A stretch of DNA of 48,164 nucleotides, from positions 244,428 to 292,591 of the forward strand of contig JBBTTO010000003.1 in assembly GCA_038064195.1 (NCBI GenBank), in the 5' to 3' direction. This document shows, piece by piece, positions 1 to 9,139 of this stretch. The translations under genes and the position numbers were made by a program. Every line of letters starts with the position of its first letter. Within the stretch, counting starts at the first letter, position 1. The DNA is from Patescibacteria group bacterium (lineage in GTDB: Bacteria; Patescibacteriota; Microgenomatia; Levybacterales; UBA12049). The notes below the pieces were generated by a model, which was not told the DNA's origin, did no database searches, and saw only the letters and a program-made list of their open reading frames with translations.

Positions 1-1043
1 CGACGCAAAATAATGATTTCAAACAGACTATGTCGGGGCAGTTTACGGGAATTGGCGCGGAGCTCGGACTTAAAGATAAGCAAATTATTGTTGTGGCCCC
101 AATTGACGGAAGTCCGGCTCAAAAAGCTGGTATCAAGGCAGGCGATGCGATAGTCAAAGTGAATAGGGACTCTACTCTTGGATGGTCAGTCAGCCAGGCG
201 GTCGATAAGATTCGCGGCCCCAAAGGAACGAGTGTACTACTTAGCGTCCTGCATAAAAATGAAGGTTCTCCTAAAGATATTAAAATCGTTCGTGACACGA
301 TCACTGTCAAAAGTGTGACGTCATGGGTAAAACCGGTTGAGGACATCAGCTCTGTCACTTCACCATCCAAAGTCAAGATAGATCCGACCACCGGTAAAGC
401 AGAACCTACAGCAACACCTGCGTCAGCGCCACAACTTTTGGGTAAGGGGGGTAAAAAAGTTGCTTATATTAGACTTTCCCAGTTCGGGGATAACACCAAC
501 CAGGAGTGGCTCTCACTCTCTAATAGCCTGGCACTTTCTATCCAAAAAGATAAAACTATCAAAGGAGTGGTCCTTGATCTGCGTAATAATCCCGGCGGTT
601 ATGTAACTGACGCGGTCTTTATCGCTTCAGAATTTCTGCCTGTCGGCAAAACAGTTGTCGTCCAGGACTTCGGCGGGGGACATAAAGAGGAGCTGACAGT
701 CAAGCGTAGCGGCCTCATGCTTACTGTCCCGCTTGTCGTCCTCATCAACAAAGGCTCAGCCAGCGCGGCTGAAATTGTCGCGGGATCACTGCGTGATTAT
801 AAACGGGCCATTCTGATCGGAGAGGATTCATTCGGTAAAGGCACGATGCAAAATGCTGATGATCTGGGTAACGGAGCAGGACTCCATGTCACGATAGCGC
901 GTTGGCTGACTCCCAACAGTACATGGGTAGGAAATGGTAAGAATGGTCAGGGACTCAAACCCGATATTGTCGTAACACTTGACACTAAAGACCCGACCCA
1001 TGATACCCAACTTGAAAAAGCGGTTGAAGAGCTGACAAAATAG
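1..1043 (+). CDS. ctpA: S41 carboxyl-terminal processing protease with PDZ domain (5' truncated by window edge)
   Basis: GIGAEL/PDZ, DLRNNPGG, SASAAEI and FGKG motifs. The frame is open from position 3 to the ATG at 30, so the true start lies upstream. Confidence 0.93.
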   Translation, partial: TQNNDFKQTMSGQFTGIGAELGLKDKQIIVVAPIDGSPAQKAGIKAGDAIVKVNRDSTLGWSVSQAVDKIRGPKGTSVLLSVLHKNEGSPKDIKIVRDTITVKSVTSWVKPVEDISSVTSPSKVKIDPTTGKAEPTATPASAPQLLGKGGKKVAYIRLSQFGDNTNQEWLSLSNSLALSIQKDKTIKGVVLDLRNNPGGYVTDAVFIASEFLPVGKTVVVQDFGGGHKEELTVKRSGLMLTVPLVVLINKGSASAAEIVAGSLRDYKRAILIGEDSFGKGTMQNADDLGNGAGLHVTIARWLTPNSTWVGNGKNGQGLKPDIVVTLDTKDPTHDTQLEKAVEELTK

Positions 1044-1058
1044 TTAGAGAAAAGTGAT

Positions 1059-2240
1059 ATGCGAAAACTAATCATTCTTGTTGTCATTTTGATCGTTTTA
1101 TTGGGACTTTTGAGTATCAGTACCTCATCTCTTCGGGATCTTAGTCACCTCATTAATCCAGTACAAACTGTTTTACCCGGTTCAATAGATACTGTTAAAA
1201 TAGTCTCTGAAGAATCAGTCGTTATTGCCGTATCCAAAGACGTTGCCCCTTCAGTTGTGACTATTGCAGGCAAGTTCAGCCAGTCTCCGGAGACTTCGAA
1301 TCAAGTAAATCCCTTTTTCTTTTTCGGGTTGCCCTTCCAGGAGGAACAACCTTCCCGCCCTGGTGAGCCTCAAAATATCGGCAGCGGTTTTATCGTCACT
1401 AAAGACGGGCTAATCGTGACCAACAAGCATGTCGTCAATGACACGTCGCTTAAATATAGTGTGACGACCAATAACGGGAAGACCTATTCAGTCCAGAAAA
1501 TTTACCGTGATCCGTTAAATGATATCGCGATCATTCAGATTAATCCCTCTGACAATGCCGGCAACACCTTAAAGCCTGTCAGGATGGGGGATTCATCACG
1601 TCTACAGGTAGGCCAGCTCGCAATTGCTATCGGTACGGCACTGGGAGAATTTAATAACACCGTGACGACAGGTGTAATTTCAGGGCTTGGCCGTGGTATT
1701 ACCGCGGGTAGTCAGTTGGAAGGGACTGTTGAGGAGCTAAGCGATGTCATCCAGACTGACGCCGCGATCAATCCGGGCAACAGCGGTGGCCCTCTGCTTA
1801 ACGCGAGTGGTCAGGTGATCGGTGTTAATACGGCTGTTTCACAAAGCGGTCAAAATATCGGTTTTGCCCTGCCGATTAACAAAATCAAAGATTCCATTAA
1901 TAACTTTAATTCAACAGGACAGTTTAATAGGCCGTATTTAGGCGTTGCATATCAAGTCATTACTCGGGATATGGCTCTCCGCAACGATTTGCCTGAAGGA
2001 GCGTATATCCAGACAGTGGTCGCTGGCTCCGCGGCCGATAAGGCGGGGATTAAGGTTGGGGATATCATCGAAAAAGTTGATGGTGAGAAATTGGTGGCAG
2101 GGAAGGTAGAGTTATCAACTCTGATCGGCCGGAAAAAAGTCGGCGACAGTATGACATTGGTAATATATCGTGAGGATGATTCAGGTACAGCTTCCACCTT
2201 TGAGAAAAAAGTGATACTCAACTCAGCTCCTGAACAATAG
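1059..2240 (+). CDS. htrA: HtrA/DegP-like trypsin serine protease with N-terminal anchor and one PDZ domain
   Basis: GSGFIV, TNKHVV, DIAII and QTDAAINPGNSGGPL motifs; C-terminal PDZ. Confidence 0.93.
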   Translation: MRKLIILVVILIVLLGLLSISTSSLRDLSHLINPVQTVLPGSIDTVKIVSEESVVIAVSKDVAPSVVTIAGKFSQSPETSNQVNPFFFFGLPFQEEQPSRPGEPQNIGSGFIVTKDGLIVTNKHVVNDTSLKYSVTTNNGKTYSVQKIYRDPLNDIAIIQINPSDNAGNTLKPVRMGDSSRLQVGQLAIAIGTALGEFNNTVTTGVISGLGRGITAGSQLEGTVEELSDVIQTDAAINPGNSGGPLLNASGQVIGVNTAVSQSGQNIGFALPINKIKDSINNFNSTGQFNRPYLGVAYQVITRDMALRNDLPEGAYIQTVVAGSAADKAGIKVGDIIEKVDGEKLVAGKVELSTLIGRKKVGDSMTLVIYREDDSGTASTFEKKVILNSAPEQ

Positions 2241-2271
2241 CTTTTGTCCCGATAGTAGTTTCTATACGGGA

Positions 2272-2300
2272 TTCCGATGATAAGATCATCGGAACTTTTT
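2272..2300 (+). terminator. Intrinsic terminator after htrA
   Basis: TTCCGATGAT-AAG-ATCATCGGAA hairpin followed by CTTTTT. Confidence 0.75.
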
Positions 2301-2328
2301 GTGCGGATTTTAACTGAAGTATTGCCTC

Positions 2329-2356
2329 TAGACTTTTCTTTTTTTTTAGTTATAAT
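2329..2356 (+). promoter_or_regulatory. Sigma70-type promoter, leaderless configuration
   Basis: TAGACT-16-TATAAT; ATG 2363 lies 6 nt after the -10 box. Confidence 0.6.
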
Positions 2357-2362
2357 TAGATT

Positions 2363-3124
2363 ATGGCAACAAGAAAAACCACTACAAGAACTGTTAAAAA
2401 ATCCTCTAAAGCTCCGGTAAAAGCAGCTGCTTTAAAAACTACTAAGACCAAAAAACCCGAATCTCAGATGACATCTACCCGTCCGACAGTTAGTACTCCG
2501 GGTATTCTTCGTTCACGAATTAAGGTTAAGCGTCGAACAGCTATTATCGCGCTTGTTATTATCGCCCTCGTCGGGCTTGTTGTGTATTATCGAAGTCTCT
2601 TTGTCGTTGCTACGGTTAACGGTCAACCGATTTCACGGCTTTCATATATTCAGGAAACTGAGGCAGTCTATGTACCGGATGCTCGAGTTACCGCGGGTAA
2701 GCAAGCGATGAATCAAATCATTACTAAGACCCTGCTATCTCAGGAAGCAAATCGCCGTCATATTACCGTCAGCGATAAAGAAATCAATGATTCAGTTAAT
2801 AAGACTCGAGAAAGTCTGAAGAAATCAGGACAGACGCTGGAATCGGCCTTAGCTCTTCAGGGGGATAGCTTGCCTGCGTATAAAGCCCGCATCAGGATTC
2901 AGATGATTCTTGATAAATTGGTCGGAACTATCACTGTCAGTGACAAAGAAATCGCCGGTTATATCGAGAAGAACAAAGCTTCACTCCCTGCTGATGCCAG
3001 TGAAGCAGATCTCAAGACACAAGCGAAAGAGTCTCTCCGCCAGCAAAAATACAGTGAAAAAGTCCAGGCACTTATCTCAGGGTTACAGCAAAAAGCAAAG
3101 ATCACCTACCTCATTCCTCAGTAA
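2363..3124 (+). CDS. Membrane-anchored SurA-N/PrsA-like foldase with basic N-terminal tail
   Basis: TM helix followed by VVATVNGQPIS and ITVSDKEI repeats typical of SurA_N; no parvulin domain seen. Confidence 0.75.
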   Translation: MATRKTTTRTVKKSSKAPVKAAALKTTKTKKPESQMTSTRPTVSTPGILRSRIKVKRRTAIIALVIIALVGLVVYYRSLFVVATVNGQPISRLSYIQETEAVYVPDARVTAGKQAMNQIITKTLLSQEANRRHITVSDKEINDSVNKTRESLKKSGQTLESALALQGDSLPAYKARIRIQMILDKLVGTITVSDKEIAGYIEKNKASLPADASEADLKTQAKESLRQQKYSEKVQALISGLQQKAKITYLIPQ

Positions 3125-3149
3125 CTCCGTCCTCATAACAATCTCCGAT

Positions 3150-3175
3150 CCCGACTTCGCCTAGGCTTCGTCGGG
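3150..3175. repeat. 26-bp palindromic element (family C)
   Basis: CCCGACTTCGCCTAGGCTTCGTCGGG, 20/26 identical to 3292-3317. Confidence 0.7.
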
Positions 3176-3291
3176 CGAAGTAAATCGGGGTTGACAACTC
3201 ATCTCTCAGGTACTGTATTATAAGTAAGAGGGCTTGCCCCTCCGGAGCCCGAGGACTAAGCTTGGGATTAAAGTAAACCTTAGGAGCGAGA

Positions 3292-3317
3292 CCCCACTTC
3301 GCTAAAGCTACGTTGGG
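3292..3317. repeat. 26-bp palindromic element (family C)
   Basis: CCCCACTTCGCTAAAGCTACGTTGGG, similar to 3150-3175. Confidence 0.65.
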
Positions 3318-3322
3318 GGCGA

Positions 3323-3364
3323 CCCGCCTGCAAGCGCCTAGAGCGCTAGCGATTGGCGGGCAGG
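3323..3364. repeat. 42-bp palindromic element (family B)
   Basis: Shares CCCGCCTGCAA...GCGCTAGC...ATTG...GGGCAGG with 7813-7848 inside prfA. Confidence 0.8.
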
Positions 3365-3378
3365 AGGGGGGTGAGTGT

Positions 3379-3819
3379 ATGCCTAAAAAGAAAAAAACAA
3401 CAACACATCGTGCTCGAAGTACGAGATCTTCCTACAATGGCGGTATTGACGATCATTCTTTTTTAATTATTGCCGGAGGTGGACTGGTAGTTCTTCTTAT
3501 TGTCGGGTTCATGATCTTTAATGGAAAGACTCAGACTGCAACAGTTCCTACCCAGACGACTGCCAACCAAACGCAGAACACGGTGGTTATCAAGGATTTC
3601 GCTTTTGCACCAGTTAGTACGACAGTGAAAGTAGGTACGACAGTTATCTGGGAAAATAGTGACAGTGTCGAACACTCAGCAGTTGCTGATGACGGGACAT
3701 TTGAGACCAACGTATTGGCACCGGGTGCCAAAGGGAGTTTCACATTCACTAAGGCTGGCAGTTATACGTATCATTGCGGAGTTCATCCGAGTATGACCGG
3801 GACGATAGTTGTGGAGTAG
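3379..3819 (+). CDS. Membrane-anchored cupredoxin (plastocyanin/amicyanin-like)
   Basis: Type-1 Cu ligands in N-x4-H and YHCGVHPSM; TM helix. Start moved to ATG 3379, which follows a strong SD (GGAGGGGGGTGA). Confidence 0.85.
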   Translation: MPKKKKTTTHRARSTRSSYNGGIDDHSFLIIAGGGLVVLLIVGFMIFNGKTQTATVPTQTTANQTQNTVVIKDFAFAPVSTTVKVGTTVIWENSDSVEHSAVADDGTFETNVLAPGAKGSFTFTKAGSYTYHCGVHPSMTGTIVVE

Positions 3820-3824
3820 TAGCA

Positions 3825-5357
3825 CTACACTGACTGATAGGTTACACCCAAGTCTTTGCTATTTGATAATGTTCTAATACGAGCTTGACTCTTATTGGAG
3901 AAGAGGTAGCGGATAAGTATTTTGTACGTATCGAGATCAAAGTCATAGCTCATCTCGTTCTCATTAAGACTGCCAAGCATATCAGTTTTTATATTGCCCA
4001 GATAGCACCATTTGTCCACCAGAAAATATTCATTTTTGCCGGTCAATTCGTTTTTCTCCTCAATCAGTATCGGGCCTTTGTAGGGCCAGGGTTTGATTCG
4101 GCTTTTACTGAATGCGCCGATAAAACGCATGTTGTAGGCAAGCGGTAGCTCCTTTTTAACACAGGCTCCTTTGCAGCGTTCAAGTCTGTAGCCAAAGCAG
4201 CTGGTCGTTGTCTTTTCAAGTTCAAGTAATTTCTCACAGAGTGAGTTCTCCTTGGCCAGATTTGCCAAATAGTCTCTGGCCTGGCGACGCGAGCGAAAAA
4301 ACCCGATGTAGGAGTCGAGTTCGTCAGGCTTAACTTGCGTGACAGGATTGAGGCTGACGCATAAATACCCGTCACTGTCTGTATATGACCTGAGAGCTAT
4401 CAGTTCCTGTTTGGTTCTAAGCATTTTATTGTAAATCGGAAGTTTGGTCTTGATCAGATGTGATTCCAAAAGCAACGCCCCCAATTCACCGGCTGTCTCG
4501 ATTGCCTCAAGACTTTCCACCTGCTGGGCTATTTTCATCTCTAAAGGGGAGTGGATGTCTCCCGCAAAGTGGGAGAGCACGCGGTCACGGATATTGACAC
4601 TTTTTCCGATGTAGAGGGGGATAGATTCATTTAAATTCGAAGCACGAATATCGAAGTTCGAAACAATTTTTGTTTTGGATTTTTGATCATTTGAGTTTGT
4701 CTCGGATTTCGAGTTTTGGTATTCGGATTTTCCATAAAATATGTACACACCTGGTGTCTCAGGAAGCTTATCGAGGATATTGTGGTTGAGTTTTACTGGC
4801 AAATATGGTTTCTTGAGGACGAGTCCGAGTGCCGCTTCAAATATTTCGGGGCTGACTTGTTTTTTTGCCAGATCATAAAATGTCTGGATTGCTAAAGCAT
4901 CTCCTAAGGCGCGATGTCTGTTCTCACACTTGATCTCAAAACGTTCGATGATGCTGTCTAAATTATGTCTTTTGTGTCTGGGGAAGAGTGTACGTGAGAG
5001 TCTGACGGTACAGAAATGTCGGGGTGAAAAAGAAGCACCCAAGCGTGCAAACTCTGCTTTGAGGAAGCCATAGTCAAATCTGACGTTATGTGCGACGAAA
5101 GTATAGTCGCGAAGATGCATGAGGATATCACCGGCAACCTCCCGAAAGGTGGGAGCGCTCTCTAAGTCCTGGGACCTAATGCCGGTCATTTGCTCGATTT
5201 CAGGCGGGATGCTTGCCTGGGGGTTGATGAGAGTTGAATAGGTATCGATCAGTTCACCATTATCTGTTTTGACAATGCCAATCTCAATAACGCGGTCCCA
5301 TGTAGAGCGGGTACCGGTGGTTTCGATGTCAACGAAGGCTAATTTACTCGGCAGCAT
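3825..5357 (-). CDS. DnaQ (DEDDh) exonuclease fused to a UvrC/Cho-like GIY-YIG endonuclease
   Basis: FVDIETTG, AHNVRFD and HRALGDA; PGVYIF...LYIGKSVNIR; Cys cluster C-x9-C-x6-C-x3-C. Confidence 0.88.
   Translation of the reverse strand: MLPSKLAFVDIETTGTRSTWDRVIEIGIVKTDNGELIDTYSTLINPQASIPPEIEQMTGIRSQDLESAPTFREVAGDILMHLRDYTFVAHNVRFDYGFLKAEFARLGASFSPRHFCTVRLSRTLFPRHKRHNLDSIIERFEIKCENRHRALGDALAIQTFYDLAKKQVSPEIFEAALGLVLKKPYLPVKLNHNILDKLPETPGVYIFYGKSEYQNSKSETNSNDQKSKTKIVSNFDIRASNLNESIPLYIGKSVNIRDRVLSHFAGDIHSPLEMKIAQQVESLEAIETAGELGALLLESHLIKTKLPIYNKMLRTKQELIALRSYTDSDGYLCVSLNPVTQVKPDELDSYIGFFRSRRQARDYLANLAKENSLCEKLLELEKTTTSCFGYRLERCKGACVKKELPLAYNMRFIGAFSKSRIKPWPYKGPILIEEKNELTGKNEYFLVDKWCYLGNIKTDMLGSLNENEMSYDFDLDTYKILIRYLFSNKSQARIRTLSNSKDLGVTYQSV
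4632..4730 (-). repeat. 99-bp heptamer-based palindromic element (family A) inserted in frame
   Basis: First 16 nt and last 21 nt (reverse complement) are identical to the ends of 7132-7260; encodes 33 aa. Confidence 0.88.
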
Positions 5358-5364
5358 GGGGAGT

Positions 5365-5432
5365 TAGTATACAGAATTTAGTATAAAGTATAAAGAACTA
5401 GCTTAATACTATCTACTGTATACTGTATACTG
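5365..5432. repeat. Inverted heptamer array (NNAGTAT / ATACTNN) in a divergent promoter region
   Basis: ttagtat-acagaat-ttagtat-aaagtat ... aatact-atctact-gtatact-gtatact. Confidence 0.6.
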
Positions 5433-5437
5433 AGTAT

Positions 5438-7129
5438 ATGGAGAGTATTTTTTTCGAGATTGCCCTGGTCATTATCGTTGCGGCTGTCCTTTCAATCGTA
5501 TTCCGTTACCTCAGGCAGCCCTCAATTCTTGCCTATATTCTTACCGGTATTATTCTTGGTCCACTTGGCCTGTTTCACTTGAGTAATTCAGCATCTCTCC
5601 AGACATTGGGGCAGCTCGGCATCACGTTGCTTCTCTTTATGTTAGGCCTTGAGCTGAAATTGCATGAGCTTAAGTCGATAGGGAAGACAGCAGCGATTAT
5701 AGGCACGTTGCAGATGGCTTTGACAGCTGTCTTAGGATATGGCCTCTGTATTGCTTTAGGCTTCTCAAACACTGTTGCCATCTATGGTGCGATAGCTCTT
5801 TCTTTTTCGAGTACGATCGTTATTGTTAAATTACTTTCAGACAAAAAAGATCTCAACAGTCTGCACGGCAAATTAGCTATCGGTATTCTTTTGATGCAGG
5901 ATTTCTTCGCTATTTTGACCATCATTTTCCTGAATGGTTTTCATCTCGGTTCACCCGCCGAGGTACTGCAACAGATTCTCTTAGTTGCTCTGAAATTAAG
6001 TGTGCTTGTCGGCTGGATTTTACTTTTCAGCCGTTATGTTTTCCCGAAAGTCCTGCACAAATTATCTAGTTCTGATGAATTACTTTTTCTCTTCAGCCTG
6101 GCGTGGGTCTTTGCCGTGACAGCCCTTGTCACCTGGCAGCCGATTGGTTTTTCAATTGAGATCGGAGGCTTTTTGGCGGGACTTGCCTTGGCGAATACGC
6201 ATGAGAATTACCAGATTATCGCGCGTATGAAAGCACTCCGGGATTTTTTCATGACGATATTTTTTGTGATGCTCGGGATTAATATGACCTTTGCCAATGT
6301 CGCCTCAAGTATCGTCCCGGCAATCCTCCTGTCTCTTTTTGTCATTATCTTCAAGCCATTCCTGGTCATGCTTATTACCGGCATTTTGGGGTTTCGTAAA
6401 AGAACATCATTTTTTGTCGGGATCACTATGGCTCAGATTTCTGAGTTCAGTCTGATTATTTTATTCCTGGGCCAAAGTAAGGGAATTATTCCGCAAAACG
6501 TCGTAACGACTATGATTATTGTCAGTATGATTACCTTTACTGCCTCAACATACCTCATCCAAAATACCAATAAGTTGTATAAAATATTCGGTAAGTGGCT
6601 TTCACTCATTGAACTGCGTAAAACTCCTAACGATCATGATTTGACGAGTGGTGAAGAGTTCGTTGATTTTGACAAGCATGTTATTCTCATTGGGGGACAC
6701 CAGATGGGTAAGAGTATCATGCATGCGCTAAAACAAAGTAAAGAGCAAGTGCTGGTCGTCGATTTTGACCCGGATGTCATCGAAAGACTGAAAAAAGAGA
6801 AAACACCTGCCATGTTTGGCGATATTGCCGATCCTGATATCCAGGAACGGGTCGGTTTTGAACGCGCCAAAATGGTCATCTCGACAGTGCCTGATCTTGA
6901 AGACAATCTATTACTGATTGAGGGTCTCACTCATTTGAACAGAAGGGCTAAAATTGTAGTAATGGCTTTTGAGGCCAACGACGCCAAGCAGTTATACAAA
7001 GCCGGAGCCGATTATGTCGTCCTGCCACATTTAGCAGGTGGGCATCATCTGGCTAAAATTTTACTCAACGATGATGATCTGGAGATGATAGAGAAATATA
7101 AAAAAAAGGATCTTGAATACCTCAAGTAA
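5438..7129 (+). CDS. CPA2/Kef-type cation:H+ antiporter with C-terminal TrkA-N (RCK) domain
   Basis: LFMLGLE, SFSSTIVI, ILLMQD and QISEFS motifs; C-terminal Rossmann-like domain (ILIGGHQMG, FGD). Confidence 0.9.
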   Translation: MESIFFEIALVIIVAAVLSIVFRYLRQPSILAYILTGIILGPLGLFHLSNSASLQTLGQLGITLLLFMLGLELKLHELKSIGKTAAIIGTLQMALTAVLGYGLCIALGFSNTVAIYGAIALSFSSTIVIVKLLSDKKDLNSLHGKLAIGILLMQDFFAILTIIFLNGFHLGSPAEVLQQILLVALKLSVLVGWILLFSRYVFPKVLHKLSSSDELLFLFSLAWVFAVTALVTWQPIGFSIEIGGFLAGLALANTHENYQIIARMKALRDFFMTIFFVMLGINMTFANVASSIVPAILLSLFVIIFKPFLVMLITGILGFRKRTSFFVGITMAQISEFSLIILFLGQSKGIIPQNVVTTMIIVSMITFTASTYLIQNTNKLYKIFGKWLSLIELRKTPNDHDLTSGEEFVDFDKHVILIGGHQMGKSIMHALKQSKEQVLVVDFDPDVIERLKKEKTPAMFGDIADPDIQERVGFERAKMVISTVPDLEDNLLLIEGLTHLNRRAKIVVMAFEANDAKQLYKAGADYVVLPHLAGGHHLAKILLNDDDLEMIEKYKKKDLEYLK

Positions 7130-7131
7130 AT

Positions 7132-7260
7132 AAATCCGAATACCAAAGCACGAAATTCGAAGTAATATCCAAAAAATAAATCTTTAAATCAAAAATATAG
7201 GTCATTTTAATTTTGAGATTAGGATTTGTTTCGGATTTTGATATTCGTGCTTCGAATTTA
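7132..7260. repeat. Intergenic family A palindromic element between convergent genes
   Basis: AAATCCGAATACCAAA...GATATTCGTGCTTCGAATTTA; inverted heptamer units. Confidence 0.85.
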
Positions 7261-8193
7261 GGATTCGTTATCATCCAATGTAGGTGAATCTTCTGTGGGG
7301 TGTTCCTCAGGTATCGCTCCGTCCATAATAACCGGCAAATTACCCCATGATTTACCCAGTCGATGATCTGTCAGACGATCTTGCGGGAAATTGTAGGTTT
7401 TGATTTTCTCATTTCGCATACCACGTCCGACCTGTGTTGCTTTGAGGGAGGCGTATTCTTTTTGCTGTTTTTCAACTTCCATTTCCCAGAGGCGGGCGCG
7501 AAGCAAGGTCATGGCTATCTCCCGATTTTGGATCTGAGAACGTTCGGCTGAGGAGACAACCGTCAAGCCTGTTGGCTTATGGATGAGACGGACGGCGGTT
7601 GAGACTTTGTTGACGTTTTGACCGCCATGACCGCCACTCCGGAAGGCCTCAAAGGATATTTCATCAGGGCTGATATGTAAATCAATATCCTGTAGCTCAG
7701 GGAGGACAGAGACTGTTACTGTTGAGGTATGGATGCGACCTTTTTTCTCAGTCTTGGGAACCCTCTGGACACGATGGACGCCTGATTCATATTTAAGAAT
7801 GTTAAAGACCCCCCCGCCTGCAACGCTTGCGCTAGCATTGTGGGCAGGCTTACCTGATATCTCAAGGACTTTGTCTTCCAAAAATTCGGCTTTGTAGCCT
7901 TTTCGCTCGGCAAAACGCATATACATTCGCAGCAATTCTTCAGCAAAAATACTCGCCTCGTCTCCTCCTGCGGCACCTTTGATCTCAAGGAGCACATTAC
8001 GTGTGTCAAGATCATCGCTTTTTGCGTTTTCCTGACTTTGCTTAAGACTGTCCTCAAGTGCTTGCTTTTGGAGATTGAGTGAAGACAGTTCCTCCTGCGC
8101 TAACTCCTGCAAAGCAGGATCAGTCATCAGAGACTCAGTCTCCGCAATTTTTTTGGCAAGTTCTTCTAATTGGACGTAGCGGTAGTCGTTCAT
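7258..8193 (-). CDS. prfA: Peptide chain release factor 1
   Basis: [11 protein letters not shown] (PxT, RF1-specific), GGQ and [13 protein letters not shown]; adjacent to rpmE. Confidence 0.95.
   Translation of the reverse strand: MNDYRYVQLEELAKKIAETESLMTDPALQELAQEELSSLNLQKQALEDSLKQSQENAKSDDLDTRNVLLEIKGAAGGDEASIFAEELLRMYMRFAERKGYKAEFLEDKVLEISGKPAHNASASVAGGGVFNILKYESGVHRVQRVPKTEKKGRIHTSTVTVSVLPELQDIDLHISPDEISFEAFRSGGHGGQNVNKVSTAVRLIHKPTGLTVVSSAERSQIQNREIAMTLLRARLWEMEVEKQQKEYASLKATQVGRGMRNEKIKTYNFPQDRLTDHRLGKSWGNLPVIMDGAIPEEHPTEDSPTLDDNES
7813..7848 (-). repeat. 36-bp family B element inserted in frame in prfA
   Basis: Encodes [12 protein letters not shown]; homologous to 3323-3364. Confidence 0.85.
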
Positions 8194-8198
8194 AGGAA

Positions 8199-8268
8199 TG
8201 ATTGACGCGGATTTAATAACTGATTTTCACAGATCTGTGTCTATCTGTTTCCAATCTGTGGTTATCAT
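8199..8268. repeat. Imperfect inverted repeat (family D, ~10-bp CGGATTT/AATCTGTG units)
   Basis: Similar organisation to 38360-38441. Confidence 0.55.
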
Positions 8269-8275
8269 ACAAAAG

Positions 8276-8575
8276 TTATTTGAGGGCCATGAGCATCTCG
8301 CGGAGAGACTTTGGTGCTTCACTTGCTTTTTTCTTTTCTTCCTGTTTTTTGATATGAGTTGCTTTATATTCGGTTGCGGTTTTGATCTTTGTTTCAAATT
8401 TTTGGATACGGGAAGCCGTATCGACGAATTTTTGTTCGCCTGTATAGAAAGGATGGCATTTATTACACAACTCAACGTGGATTGTCTCTTTGGTTGAACC
8501 GATAGTGAAGCGGTTACCACAGACACAAACGACATTAGTTGCGTCAAAATATTGGGGATGGATTGCAGTCTGCAT
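8276..8575 (-). CDS. rpmE: 50S ribosomal protein L31, Zn-binding type, with C-terminal extension
   Basis: IHPQY, CVCGN and CNKCHPFYTG motifs. Confidence 0.95.
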   Translation of the reverse strand: MQTAIHPQYFDATNVVCVCGNRFTIGSTKETIHVELCNKCHPFYTGEQKFVDTASRIQKFETKIKTATEYKATHIKKQEEKKKASEAPKSLREMLMALK

Positions 8576-8655
8576 AATATTGCTTTTTAACTCATGCGTA
8601 TCTATAATACGCCAGGTTAAGTCATTATAGCCTAAAAATGACTTTATTTCAAGCT

Positions 8656-9132
8656 ATGTCTATTGAAAATTCATTTATACCCTCTGAGGCTCTTAGTCCA
8701 CACGATGGAGGGGGAGGGGGATCATCATCCGGGGAGACTCGCTTACCCTTATCACTTGGAGACAGAGTCAATTCACAAGCAGATTATGTCTTAGGAGAAT
8801 TGGGTATAGTCGGTATGGCTTTTAACACTCGAGGATTTCAAATCTATCGGGAAGAAGGATCTGGGGATCATAAGAAGCTGCTGCCTAGGTACGATCAAAA
8901 AATCATGGAATTTATTAGAGCTTATTTTGCATGTAAATTAAAAAGTCGCATCACTCCTGAACACCAAAGGGAGATCCCTGATTTATCACTTGATACTGTT
9001 TTGGATACTTTTGATCCTGAGGGGAATTTATTTTCTACTGAGATTATCGGTCCTCAAGGAACTGAGATAACTCTCATGGAGGTTGTAAAAGTACTTAATG
9101 GACAAGCTGACGCCCTCAGAAAGCCTCATTAG
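8656..9132 (+). CDS. Hypothetical orphan protein (alternative start 8638)
   Basis: Fills the gap between rpmE and the EamA gene; no recognisable motif. Confidence 0.55.
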   Translation: MSIENSFIPSEALSPHDGGGGGSSSGETRLPLSLGDRVNSQADYVLGELGIVGMAFNTRGFQIYREEGSGDHKKLLPRYDQKIMEFIRAYFACKLKSRITPEHQREIPDLSLDTVLDTFDPEGNLFSTEIIGPQGTEITLMEVVKVLNGQADALRKPH

Positions 9133-9139
9133 ACCTAGC

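Larger units (their letters stand above)
3228..3375 (+). ncRNA. Candidate structured 5' leader RNA of the cupredoxin gene (H-type pseudoknot plus SD-sequestering stem), carrying two inserted repeats
   Basis: CCCGAG/CTTGGG stem whose CTAAG loop can pair with downstream CTTAG; CCCCTCC (3237-3243) is complementary to GGAGGGG (3363-3369, SD). Confidence 0.45.

Noticed and set aside
339-452. Low-complexity linker in CtpA (EDISSVTSPSK...PTATPASAP) as another repeat insertion
   Set aside because: No palindrome, periodicity or second copy seen at DNA level.
3191-3221. MerR/CueR-type operator suggested by the 19-bp promoter spacer
   Set aside because: No convincing dyad in the spacer and no MerR gene in the window.
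3240-3325. Pistol ribozyme, RNase P, Moco or yybP riboswitch identity for the cupredoxin leader
   Set aside because: Only fragments resemble these (pseudoknot plus A-rich linker, GTAAACC...GGAGCGAG, GCGAGACC). Required elements such as pistol P2, RNase P GAGGAAAGUCC and yybP GGGGAGUA are missing.
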